This document shows, piece after piece, positions 26,563 through 39,790 of a stretch of 64,000 bases of DNA (position 1 is the stretch's first letter; the number at the start of each line of letters is the position of its first letter). Below the pieces are notes generated by a model, which had not been told where the DNA came from, did not search any database, and was given only the letters and a program-made list of their open reading frames with translations. The DNA comes from Eledone cirrhosa (lineage: Eukaryota). The translations under genes and the position numbers were made by a program. The stretch is from positions 134,850,001 to 134,914,000 of the forward strand of contig OZ024742.1 of NCBI GenBank assembly GCA_964016885.1. The letters run 5' to 3'.

Positions 26563-27065
26563 AAATATAGTAAGTACAGTGAACTTTTTGAAATTTATTT
26601 GAAAAGTTTTTTTCTCTATTTGCTAAATCTTGGTTATATATATATGTGCCTGTATAAATAGAAAATCCTATCCAAATGTGTGTCTGTGTCGTGTGTTCAA
26701 ATGTAACCTGTTGCATTGCAAAGATGACTGAAGATCAGGTTTTTGCTATATGTATCTATTCATTTCAAACTTTCTATAATTTCTCCACAAAAAAAAGGCG
26801 AGAACCATCAAGCTTTAATGACGTTCACCATCCATTATAAAATGTTGACAATTGTGGATTAATCGAAGTAGCTATGATAAATCAAACTTAAGATCAGAGT
26901 TATCCAAGTAATTATTTCCCGAGACACTTTTATCACATGTCCAAAATATAGAATATCTGATCTCTCAATTCAAAGAAGTAGCAGCTTTACCGCGAATGAC
27001 TCTCTGATCTCCGAGCTACCCATTCTATCGAGTAACTAAATATATATATATATATAATATATATA

Positions 27066-28520
27066 TATTAATAAATGGAAACTATATTTATAAAACCATA
27101 TTTTTATTATACATATTTCAAGGGCAACTAAGGCAAATTATGGTGCGTTTTCATCAGATAAAATACAGATTTGTATTTTTGAAAGAGAGAAGAGGAAAGA
27201 AAGAACGATTATACATATTGATAGTGAAGATAGAGTGAATGAAGAAATGAGTTTCAATGGAGAAATATACATAGCGCAAATATATCTGAGTGAAAGAAGA
27301 AATAAGATTAACGTGGAAGAATAATTTTTATAATGTAGGGTTCATTATAATATTTATAATGATAAGTTGAAAAATTAGATTAAAATTAAAATTTAAAATT
27401 AGAAATCAAAATTAAAGATTAAAATTTACCTTAATATTAGAAATGTAATTTAATAATTTAATATTAAAAAAAAAAAAAATTTTTTTTTTAAATTAAAAAA
27501 AAAAAAAAAATTAAAAAAAAAAATTAAAAATTAAAAATTAAAAATTAAATTAAAAATTAAAAATTAAAAATTAAAAATTAAAAATTATAAATTAAAAATT
27601 ATAAATTAAAATTAAAATTAAAACAGAAGTATTTATATTACGATGTATTAGTAATAATGTATTGGTTTAGATGTGTATGTTATGGATTATAAATTATTTA
27701 AATAAATAAATATTTTACATTAGAGAAAATCTAGTATAGTTTATTTTATTAAAGTAAGTTTGGCAAAATTATATTTATAAATATTTGCAAGTCAAAATTT
27801 AAACATCCAAATAATTCTGAATTTATGAAAAATTTACGAGAGTTTACAAATGAATAACTACTTTATTATATTATAAAAACATTAAGGAAATGTAAAGAAA
27901 GTTAGAAGTGATTTTTAAGATCTCAAATGGCTCCAAGGATTTAAATGTTATAAAGTTAAACATGTTATATTAAGAATATAATTAAAACATAAACCATATG
28001 TTATTTCATACGAAGTCATAATGTATCTTAAGATTATAATTAAAACATAAACCATAGGTTATTTTATAAGAAGTCATACTTGCAATAGAGTTAAAAAAAA
28101 TTATCTTAAGAATATAGTTAAAACTTAAACCACAGGTTATTCCTCATATATATAAAAATCATATATATAAATATTTGGATACATATATTAAAAATGTTTG
28201 AAGATATAAAACTATTGGAAGATATGAAAATAATGGTTTTTCTATATATTTCAAAGGAACTTTGAAAGAATTTTCTAAAATCTTCCGTCAGTTTTTCATG
28301 AAAAATCTTCCTTAAAAGAGTTTCAAGCAGTATTTTCTCCACTATCCAGCAATCTCCAACCGTTACGGTTGTCTTTTTTCCGGGTATGTCAATATTTATT
28401 TATAAAACAAATCTATATTTTATCCGATGAAAGCGCACCATAATTTGCCTTGGTTGCCCTTGAAATATGTATAATAAAATAAATATGGTTTTATAAATAT
28501 AGTTTACATTTATTAATAAA
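27066..28520. mobile_element. ~1.45-kb extremely AT-rich element bounded by ~115-bp inverted repeats, each carrying a hammerhead motif
   Basis: 27066-27180 is the reverse complement of 28400-28520; motifs 27102-27165(-) CTGATGA and 28416-28481(+) CCGATGA; interior has (AAAATT)n and ~55-bp tandem repeats. Confidence 0.8.
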
Positions 28521-28638
28521 TTGTGTGTTTACTCCACTAATCTGTTGAGCATTTTATATCAGTTATAAAAATGTTTAAGCTTGTTGAATCCCAACAAATT
28601 AAATATAACCTCTCTCTCTCTCTACACACACACACACA

Positions 28639-28720
<82 letters not shown>

Positions 28721-28978
28721 TACATATTACTGCACGATTTAAGCTAATTCCTTAAAACCTTGGGAAGATGAAAAAACTTCTCCCTTTTAATTTTCTGAAG
28801 ATATGCGAGTCGTTGGTAATAGGTATGGCGTAGTTAATTATTAACTAATATTTTCCAATTGATCTGGAAGTACATGTACGATTATAACCGTATTCAAACA
28901 GACGTAGAAATAAAGGAATGAATGTAGGTTCGTTACATTACTTCCTCGTATAATATATACATACATACATACATACAT

Positions 28979-29335
28979 GGTGGCTGCCGACACGTTTTAT
29001 AGTAAGGCCATGTAGGAGAACCACTACCGATGCGCTGAACGAGTGTGACGTTTTAGTCGAGCCACTGACTTGAAAACTCTGGTACAAACACTACACTTGT
29101 TACAATTATTGACACATAGTGCTGCGCCCATGGGACCATGTGACGACAAGTGCAGAGAGATGTCTAGATATAAAGCCATGCATGTGCCGTGAAGCTATGT
29201 CAGGTCACCAGTTGGTGCTACTGGTAACATGTATCCCAGTACAACTTGACTCATGGTCGGGTCGTTGGCGACTAAACTGGCAACCCCACCAAGATTTCTT
29301 GGTGAGGAGGGTTACTTTGGACATCCTTTCAGGAC
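28979..29335 (+). mobile_element. Unclassified ~350-bp retroposon-like insert flanked by (CATA)n
   Basis: GC-richer block with (TACA)n on both sides; internal structured segment 29199-29250. Confidence 0.4.
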
Positions 29336-29380
29336 ATACATACATACATACATACATACATACATACATACATACATACA

Positions 29381-29412
<32 letters not shown>

Positions 29413-30314
29413 CGAGGTGTGTAAGAAAAGTTCCTTGACTGATATCACAAAAGATTTATTTCAAACCTAAACTTCACACGAAGTGTTTTCTCCTTCAAAG
29501 TAATCCCCCTGGAGTATGAAACTGTAATCTTAGCTCTCTGCAGCGATCACACTTTTTTCTTCATAATTTTATATACATGTCCCCTGTTTCAGGTCGTCAA
29601 GCAATGAGCACAGAGCAACGAACAAACTTGAAGTTTCTGGTACGGTTGGGGAAAAATTCCGTCAGAAGCACTGGGATTGTTGCAGCAAGTGTATGGAGAT
29701 GAGACGATGCCGCGCTGATGTGTTTTTGAGTGGTGCAAGAGGTTTAAAGAAGGGCGCGAGGACGTGGAGATGACCCCAGGAGCGGAAGGGCCTCAACAAC
29801 CAGGATTGAGGTCAACGTTGAGCGCGTCAGGCAGATGGTGCGTAACGATCGTCGGCTGACTGTTCGACTGATGGCAAATGAGCTGGGTATGAATCAGGAC
29901 AGTGTCTGGAAGATTCTCACTGAAGATTTGGACATGCTGAAAGTCTGCGCGAAGATGGTGCCAACACTACTGAAGGGTCGACGCATGCAAATGTGCCAGG
30001 ATATCTTCGATCGTCTTGAAACAAAACCAGACTTACTAGGGACAGTTAACACCGGTGATGAATCAAGGATCTTCGGGTACTACCCGGAGGGTATCCGTTT
30101 TGAAGACGTGGACGACATCAAAAAGGCCGTGACGACGGAACTGCGGAGGATCCCGGAAGAATCCTTCCAGGAGTGCATGCAAGCGTGGCAGAAAAGGCTG
30201 GAAAAGTGCATTAGACTCCAGGGGATCGCGTTGAAGGAGAAAATTATAGTGTGAAGTTTGGGTTTGAAATAAATCTTTTGTGACATCTGTCCTGGAACTT
30301 TTCTGACACTCCTC

Positions 30315-30315
<1 letters not shown>
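29413..30315 (+). mobile_element. Internally deleted mariner (Tc1/mariner) transposon
   Basis: 67-bp imperfect inverted termini (29413-479 / 30249-315), TA on both sides; EQRTNLKF, FEWCKRFKEGREDV, PRSGR, DRRLTVR, KVCAKMVP, TGDES..GYYPE fused directly to GIRFEDVDD..KCI. Confidence 0.95.
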
Positions 30316-30375
<60 letters not shown>

Positions 30376-31216
30376 GAAATAATCACCTTCGCCTACAAAC
30401 ATGTACACAAATGTACATCAACTGTTAATTATAGCAGGAAAAACCATGTATATGCATATTTCTTTACATGTTTTGATGTCCGTGATCATAATTTTTATTA
30501 TTTACGAATGAATATATAAATATGCGCTATTAAAACTACAATCAAACAAAAGGCGGATTTATAGAAATCACCCTTTTATATACCTATACATATTCAATAT
30601 ACACGTGTCTGTACAAATTCATTTCCGCTGACAAGAGCAAGTGGCTGAATACTCTAAAAAAAATATTCGCTTCTGTATTGATGTATCAAACAACGTTTTG
30701 CACAATTCATGTGCCAGTTGCTCTCTTTGATCGCTTGATGTTCTTACTATGTTTTAAAATACGGGTATTCGTGTGTATGCATGAACATTAATTCATAGGA
30801 ATGCAAATACCCGATTCTCTCTCTCTCTCTCTCTATCTCTCTCAGAGGAAATTAAGCACACACACACAATGCGTTGGACTGCGCAGGCAAACGAGAAATA
30901 CTTCACGATGAAAGACAATAAGACTGACTTTATAATTAGTCAAAATACAATTGTAGATTGCTGGATCCTGATACGACTGAATTAAGTGCAGCCAGTAACA
31001 AAATATTTCTATCTATCAGAAGAAAATATCCCTCAATAATGGAATACTACCGCGTAAATATATCTCAGCTCAAAGATATGCTCTTGATTGACATAGTGAA
31101 TATTATACTTCAGTTTCTAGTTCAAACTGAGAATAGAGAGCATCAAAATCAGCTATATATATATATATATATATAAAAATGAAAACCGAAGGAAAGGTAA
31201 AATTCCACTCATTTAA

Positions 31217-31290
31217 TCACGACACATGTTTCAATAAGAGATAGGTCGATTGTGAAGCCATGATCGATTATCACTGATCTCATCAGGTGA
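31217..31290 (-). ncRNA. Minimal type-I hammerhead ribozyme motif (most canonical in the window)
   Basis: Minus strand TCAC-CTGATGA-GAT...ATT-GAAAC-ATGT-GTC-GTGA: perfect 4-bp stem I, intact core, GTC triplet, ACATGT palindrome. Confidence 0.8.
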
Positions 31291-31360
31291 AAATGAATTG
31301 TCTTCAAATTCTTGATATGAGGGAGAAAAAATAACGATGTTCTCTCACAGAATTCATTCC

Positions 31361-31396
<36 letters not shown>

Positions 31397-31399
<3 letters not shown>

Positions 31400-31489
31400 A
31401 ACTACTCAATTACCAAGGGTTTCTGGATCACACACACGTATATTAATATCGTCTGTGATCCAGAAACCGTTGGTAATGGATTAGTTATA
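31397..31489. repeat. 93-nt fold-back hairpin
   Basis: TATAACT..ATTACCAA.GGTTTCTGGATCACA / TGTGATCCAGAAACC.TTGGTAAT..AGTTATA. Confidence 0.9.
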
Positions 31490-31524
31490 TTTCGTGTTGT
31501 TCAATTTCTAATTAAATAGCTCTG

Positions 31525-31563
<39 letters not shown>

Positions 31564-31666
31564 ATATGTAAATATATATATATATATCATGTTGCAGATG
31601 TTCAACAAAAGAAATTTGATAGACTATATATATATATTTATATATGTATTTTTAACCGTTGGTCAA

Positions 31667-32516
31667 TCTATATATATAAAACTGAGGTTGTCTGTCTGTC
31701 TACTGGTTGTCTGTCTGTCTACTAAAACCTTCGGCACACATCTGCTCTTAAACCGTACGTTCAAATTTCGGTGAAATTGCTACACTTATAGATGAAGGTC
31801 CGGCGGAACCATCGGTCAAATAAATTTTCAAATCGACCCACGCCAAGTGTAAAAATCGAATTTGTAATGTATTGATTTTTCAGTTCAAATGTATAAATAG
31901 AGATGAGAGACGAGTTATTTCCCTTTTATGACGTCATTTGCTTATCTATTTATGTTACGTATAAACGACGCGGTGGACCGAGAAGAACAATTTCATGCAA
32001 AGACAAGACCAAGTTTATGGTGTAAATGGAGTCGTTAGACTAATATTCTATTTAAAATAACCGAATGATTTCCAGCCCCGGAGTTTAAGAATGATGTAAA
32101 TAAAATTGTAAACGAAAATGACAGGTTATTAAAATAGTTGTTTCTACTTTTGGCACAAGGCCAGCAATTAAACAGTACATTACTGGTACTTTATTTTATA
32201 GACCCCGTAAGGATGAAAGGCAAAGTTAACCTCGACGGGATCTTAACTTTGCCTTAACATAGTAAAAATAAATAGTGAAGATTTAGGCCAGTACATATGT
32301 AAGCACCGACGAACATACACATACTTATACATACGCACACACAAATACATACACACACGTGCGCGTGCGCGCCTGTGTGTAAACCTTATGCATTTCTACA
32401 GTATTTTCACCAAACTTAAGAAATAGGTTACTCATGTACTCCGGATACATGTATTGACATAAATGGTATACATAACTGCTATTTAATACCCGAGCAACGC
32501 CGGGTACCTCTGCTAG
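31667..32516 (+). mobile_element. Non-autonomous Helitron with nested SINE fragment (32135-32242, minus)
   Basis: 5' TCTATATATATAAAA + (GTCT)n; subterminal hairpin TACCCG-AGCAACGC-CGGGTA (32487-32506); 3' CTAG; inserted between A and T with no TSD. Confidence 0.88.
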
Positions 32517-32827
32517 TCAATGATAAACGTTGATTGCCACATAAATTAACTATGGAGATATAAAAGATACAGAAGCGAAAACCAACCAAACAGTGAGTGT
32601 GATCTGTTATTATTGCTGGCAATATTATTACAACAATATGACCCTCACCAAGTAGGACACTATATATATATTAGAAATGGAAGCTTCCGCCGTATTAGTA
32701 ACTAAAGATATTTTAGCCTGATAATGGCTAACATTTCTTTAGTCAAAAATATGGAGAATGCTTCTAATTCTACTAGATTTAAAACTGTTCGCTCCTTCAA
32801 AACAAACTTACAAACACCACACACATG

Positions 32828-32858
<31 letters not shown>

Positions 32859-33578
32859 TTGCGCGCGCGTGTGTGTGTGTGTGTATTTCTGCAAGCGCAC
32901 CTGTGTGTGTGAGTGTGTGCAAATATATATATATTTATACACATATGTAATAATTATGTACATTTATATACATAATTCAGCAGTCACTATACCTCGACAT
33001 CTTAACGCTCGATAAACTATATAACTTAAATATAAAGACGAGGGCCAATAATATCCAAATAGGTAATTCCGTTTCAGAAGACTTCTAGAATATATTAGCA
33101 CCATATTTATGTAATTCCCTTGATGTTGTTTACACGATGTACAGCGAATTCGTGAAAGTTCAAAGAGGCTTGAAACCGGTCGAAGATATTAGTCATTTCA
33201 TACTTTTTACAACGAAATATATATAGGGGAATGTTTACATGTTTATATAGTAAAATAATAAATATATATTTACGTTTGTGAATTTTAAGTTACTTCAGTT
33301 ATTTATTCATACAGATATAAATTCACCATAAAGTTGGCTCCTAAGCGAACTACACAATATATATTTTAGATAACTACAAAATGACACGCCATAATATGCA
33401 TTTTCCTATCTACATTACCAGTTATTACATTCAGTGATAGAGTATATAAGCTTCATGTTTAGCCATTTCATTTTGGAAATTTAGATGATGGTCAGAAAGA
33501 TGGAGAAAAATCTATTATTTTATGAAATAGATTTACGCAGTAAATCTGTACGTATACAGATATAAATTTATAAAATAA

Positions 33579-33641
<63 letters not shown>

Positions 33642-33815
33642 TTGATGTGTGTGTTGCTCTGTGCGCGTTTGCGTATTTATCATATATGTATCAGTCTATG
33701 TATACATATAATATTTTAAGTATATCTATATATATACACATTCACACATACACACACACTCACACACACACACACACATATACATACACACACACACACA
33801 TATACATACACACAT

Positions 33816-33871
<56 letters not shown>

Positions 33872-34817
33872 TCGTATAAATACATACATATATATATATT
33901 TCTAACAAAAACCTGTTCTGACATATATATATATATATGAACATCTACACTTGATGTGTGGAGTGACACAAGTGGCAGTTGATGAAGTTGAACCCGGCTG
34001 GAATGTGAGGTTAATTCTGTTTGCGAGTATTCATATTTGTGTAAGTGTATGCATTTTTGTGTGTGTGTAAGTGTAAGTGGCCAGCTATGAACTTAAGAAC
34101 ATAACTCTAAGATTGTGGAGTGGATTGGGTTGGGTTGAAATATTGACACTTGGTACGCTTAATTGTGTTGGTATATATGTATTTTCATTGTTGTTCTTGA
34201 TATTTTTATTATATCTAGTAGTAGTAGTAGTAGTAGTAGTAGCAGCAGCAGCAGTAGCAGCAATAGAATCTGTTGTTGTTTTTGTAGCAGTAGCTCTAGG
34301 AGTAGTTGTAGTGTCTTATTCTTCTTGATGTTCATTCGCTTTCTTTCCAAATAATTAGGATGTCAAATTTACAAAGAGACCCTTCTCCCTTGCACTCACC
34401 TAACCTCCAACTGCCAATCAGTTGTGGTATGAATTTGTTGCGCTTTCTTAGTATTACCGTTATGTTCATTTACTTATGGCTTGATTTTTCTGCCACCCAC
34501 CTACTTCCATTGCTAAAGTCATGTGATGTTACAATTCCCGCTATTTGTCATATTGGGGGTAGAGGTAAAATGTTGTTCAGTTTAAGACAGCTATTTGGTC
34601 GTTAAGTGCGTTTTGATGGCAATCATAACAGGCTACAGCGTTTCGAACCCCGACTAGGGTTCATTTATTTCTCATGTCAGGGAAGTAAACCCATGCTTTT
34701 CTTTAACGCCTGTCATCTTATCTCAAGATTGTGATCATTCATTAACGTCCTTGTAAATAAGAAAATCAATAATTCATTAGCAATTATTTTATTCGATTAT
34801 TGTTTCTATGTATGTAC

Positions 34818-34841
34818 TAACTGATGTAACATGAACACACA

Positions 34842-34938
<97 letters not shown>

Positions 34939-34955
34939 TCATGTTACATCAGTTA
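34818..34955. repeat. Palindrome: 23-bp unique arms around a (TA)n centre
   Basis: TAACTGATGTAACATGAACACAC ... GTGTGTTCATGTTACATCAGTTA. Confidence 0.95.
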
Positions 34956-36107
34956 ACACAGAGACAAGTGTAAGATGAGTGTTAAACGTTAATGATTTCC
35001 GTTCATTTAACCACACAGAATTGTATTACTTCTATTTCAGCTGAAAGAAATTTGCATATTCTAAGCATTGTTTTATATTTAAAAACTAAACTTTAAAATA
35101 GATTAATGCAAGTATCAAAAGTATCAAACAGAAGACGAAAAGAAAAGGCAATTTAAAATTATTTATGCACATAGTCTTTTTAATTCATTGGAATTTGTAC
35201 ATTAAATGTAAGAGTGAGGAGGCTACAGAATAGCTATTTACGTTTGGACACCCTAAATTTATCAAAACTGTGTCATGTCTAAACAGGGTTAAAGCTACAA
35301 TTGAAGATAACCTTATAGTACACTAATTTCCTACGTTTATCATGTCAACCCATTCTCTTAGAATTAAATCCGAGAATGTGGCTTATTAATGCTGCACTTA
35401 AGATTTATCTGAATTTGATAACGTTGGAATTTATTCTACGGTAAAAAGCATAGCTTAAAAATATACCAAACTAAGTCAAATACAATAATACCGTAGTTCA
35501 AGATCCTCTCTGATGATCTTAAAAAGGACATCATATACAGCAGTAATGTAAGGTTACCTTTTTCGAGAAATGTAGCATTATGATTCAATCGCATTTTAAT
35601 GTTCAATCGCATTTTAATGTTCTCTTCTACATCATCGGAAGAGTAAGTTATATTTAAACTTATCTAAACACAACATTTTCATCGGTCTTACCACCTCATC
35701 ATCGTATACTCCTAGATGAATTGGATTATGTGTTATTCATGGCAGTGAAAATAATCTACATCGAATAATTCAGTTGAAAGACGTTCCAAAAACGTAAACG
35801 TCGGTCATTTACCTCACCATTTCCAGGCGGCGGAATTGTAAACAAGTTTCATTAGAAATTACGATCATATATTACTCGGCATGTCTGAGAACCCAACGTA
35901 ACGTAATCATGGCTATACATGTTTATTTCGGCAAATACTCTGGCAATTAATCGTCGAAACGTTGTGGTAAGAGTTATGGACAACACCTTGCCTTGCATAT
36001 GGTGTAATATCGGATATTAAGATTAACATTCTTTTTTTAACTTTCTTATACACTCACACGGACACACACACGCACACACACACACACACATATATATATA
36101 TGTATAT

Positions 36108-36194
<87 letters not shown>

Positions 36195-36217
36195 TATATA
36201 TATAGATATATATATAC

Positions 36218-36490
<273 letters not shown>

Positions 36491-36521
36491 TATAGATATA
36501 TCTATCTATTTATCTATCTAT

Positions 36522-36551
36522 CTAAGGCGGATACAATTCCTGAGATACATG
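36522..36551 (-). mobile_element. 30-bp 3' stub of the RTE-group LINE with (TAGA)n tail
   Basis: Minus strand CATGTATCTCAGGAATTGTATCCGCCTTAG-ATAGATAG vs CATGGATCTCGGGAATTTTACCCGCCTTAG. Confidence 0.7.
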
Positions 36552-36764
36552 TGTGTGTGTGTGTGTGTGTTTGGCTGAAATAGGAAATGATTATAGTCTA
36601 AAATGAAGTGAAATAAATTGCATGTTTTTGTCTCTGCAGCAGTCGAGGGGACTTAGCGCTTGGATGACGTGTATACATTCTTAATATTGTGACGAACTTA
36701 AATGTTAGCCGGAATGTCATACTTAACATCTATAGTTACTTGGTAATTATTTTTGAGATTCCCT

Positions 36765-36853
36765 AATAATTGTTTCTACTTTAGGCACAAGGCCAGCAAT
36801 TACCCAGTGCATTACTGGTACTTTATTTTATCGACCCCGTAAGGATGAAAGGC
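36765..36853 (-). mobile_element. 5'-truncated SINE
   Basis: Tail and core match the family. Confidence 0.88.
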
Positions 36854-38744
36854 TGAAAATGGTAAGACGATACACGCATGATATGAAATTAATGAAGTTT
36901 GTATTGTTATATGAAATAATTCAAGGTATTCTATTTATCATTGTCCCTTTAATATTATACAGATATATCTCGTAGCAATTGTTAATAACACTTTAGGTCC
37001 CCGTTGTGTATTTAAAATAATTACTATTAACCCTAGTTAACCTCTTAAAGAAATTCTACATATTATAACCTACGTAGGTATCAAGATTAAGTAAAATGGA
37101 AAACAAGAATTCAAAACTGTGCCCAGCCACGAAACTTCAATCTAGATACAGTTCTATATTCATGTTTCTAAATAATATTGTAACACAATTAAATACCAAC
37201 CAGCGAAAGTTAATACTGACAAGCGTAAAATGGTGTTGGGCGATAGAAAAGCACATTTTCTTTCTTTTTAGTGTGTGTGTGTGTGGGGGGGGGGGGGGGA
37301 CAGGCGTCCCATTAATATTCGTTTAAATATAGTATGTTGGTCACTGAAAAATATCATTAATCACAACTAACACTTATTTTTATTCAATATGGGGTCTATA
37401 GCATCTTATAATACGAATCTTTTGTTTGCATTTTAATTAAATCCGATGATTTTTGGACAGAATAACTTTTGCAAACCGTTTCAATTTCCTTCTTGTTGAA
37501 ATACGTCGTGCATTCAACAATTCCTTTGCAGTTGATGGGAATGGCATAACACCCATCGTCGTCACAAAAGAAAGATTTAGCCCGATCAAAAAGCGATGAA
37601 ACGATGAGTATATGTTTCCAAAATTATTATTAGAGCAAAAATTGAATTGTTTGAAAATAAATGTTATTAATATACCTTTTAGACGTTACAAGCATTGAGT
37701 GGATATAAGTGTCCATACCTTTCGACAATGTGTTAGCACAGTAAAGAAAGTGATGTAGATATGACTAGGAATTGATTCTGAGGACCATATTCTTGTAGGT
37801 ATAAATGAATCAACTACACTATTTCTGATGAAATTAAATATACCAAAACTATATTTTATCTTCTGTAAATATTCTACTTGACACTTTATTTTTCTTTAAA
37901 TATATATCTTAGCTAAAACTGTTTCTTTCATAATAGATTCTCCAGCTGGTTGATATCACGTAGATACTGTTGTATATACACACAGAATAGATGATTTATG
38001 GTTTGTCAATAATATGTTGCTGCTGGCTGGTTTCGTTCAACAAATTAGTGACAGTAATGTTTCCAAGAGAGGGGCTAACTTTAAACAACGACACCGAATG
38101 TTCTTGAAAGAATCACCGTTCTCAATAGCGAGGGAATATTATTGTTGGTGTTATTTCTCAAATGTCTCCATGAATTTTACATTTAAGTATGTTGACGTAG
38201 TTGGTATATTACTTTAAATGTAGGGCAAACTATTTTCTGTCCTGGGGATTCAAACATTCATGTTTGTCAAATTGTTCTACATTTCCAAACTGCTTTCATG
38301 TGCTCAATCTCTACCTTGTTTAACAATATACTTTATAAACGCCCAATTTAATAGTAATTGTTTTCAACTCGAAACTCATTCTCACACATGTTTCCTCATG
38401 CATGTGTCAGTGGTTAACATTTTGTCACCTTCCTAATTGTTTTATTTCATATTCCCTTCGCTTCTGTCAGATGAGGTAACGCAAGGTCCATAGTATTCTT
38501 CACGACACCAGAGCTCAATGAATAGAAGGATAAGTAATAAAAATGAGAGACCTGCAGAGAAAGTTTGCAATAAAATGAAGTATAATAATAGCCATACTCT
38601 AATGGCCAGATGGATAGAGCATATGTACCAATAGTTTAAGTCCTCTGTACAACATGAATATACCAACCCGTGGTTTATGCATCATGCGACCTGGAAACTA
38701 TGTATAACTTCCAAAATTGCCTCATTTGGCAATGCTATAGTGGG

Positions 38745-39515
38745 GGAAATGCCGTTCCGAGATGAGCTCTACAGGCATAGAAGTGGTATGAGAGCAAAAT
38801 GCGCACAGACGTTGCCAAAATACGCACAGAGCGACGAAACCGTTCTGCACGCACTCGTACAGAGACTGTGCATTGCTGATTTGTGAAGTTATGTCGAACA
38901 GCTGTTGTCAAATGTAGAACTGATCCACCTATCAGCCGAGGTCATAGTAGAGTTCACCCACCACCTTTTTTTGATTGGGAAGGACAGGCAGTTTTCCTCT
39001 GTATGGTGGAGCTAGCGAAAGAGATTTTGTGGAGGAACAGGTTGAAAGGACTGAAAACCGTCACTTTCTCTTCGGCAATTCCTTCATCGATTTTTTTCAA
39101 GTTTCACTTGGAAAGGAAGGTGAGATTAGAGAGAGAAGTGCTGTTCGCCAGTAGATTTGCTAAAAGTGGGAGATTCTGGTGAGAGTGGCCCGTGTAAATT
39201 GGCCCACTCTGAGCATGCGCAGTTAGGCTGGTGAGTTTGAAGGGGAGAAGGGTGCCCTTCCCGGATGCCCTGAAGCGTCTGGAGATTCAGGATTGGAAAT
39301 GTACCCAAGTCGCCCCTGAGTCATTTGATCCCCACCCCTTTTTAAGAATTTGTTTTATAATTTCATATATTCTTATTTTTTACTTATTTTTATATACATT
39401 TTATTGTCAATTGTTTTTCTCTCGATTTCATTGTAAACCTTCGCTGTCCCTATCTATATATAGGCCTTTGTGTCCAATAAATGAAACCATCATTATCATC
39501 ACTATCATCATCATC
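38745..39515 (+). mobile_element. 3' fragment of the Tx1-like LINE family
   Basis: DETVLHALVQ, FFKFHLERKVR..REVL, 3' UTR, AATAAA and (ATC)n tail match 6715-7460. Confidence 0.9.
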
Positions 39516-39529
39516 ACCAATACCACAAT

Positions 39530-39790
39530 GTGATTGAAAAAGTAATGGAAACTTTCCATAATCATGCATGCCTTGCAGTCGCTATTAAATCTGAGCATCA
39601 TCTAAAGACTGGAATGGTGTTGATCATCATTGTGGCAGTAGACACGGTCCGTATAAATATTACGTCTTTCATTGAAAGCTTTCGGATCCCTGACTACATA
39701 GTCACTACCCAAAATTCTACTTTCACTAGCACTGCCAAAATCGGACTTGATGTATTGAGTCTCTGAGAAAAGGGAGTGATCTAAGGCCAA
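39530..39790 (+). mobile_element. 3' end of an R4/Dong/NeSL-like element (restriction-like endonuclease C-terminus)
   Basis: EK...LA..IK..H.LKT..VLIIIVAVDTV...IP...TQNS...TAKIGLDVLSL*. Confidence 0.6.

Noticed and set aside
31397-31489. Pre-miRNA
   Set aside because: Better explained as a fold-back of a hammerhead 3' half; no known miRNA recognised and no expression data
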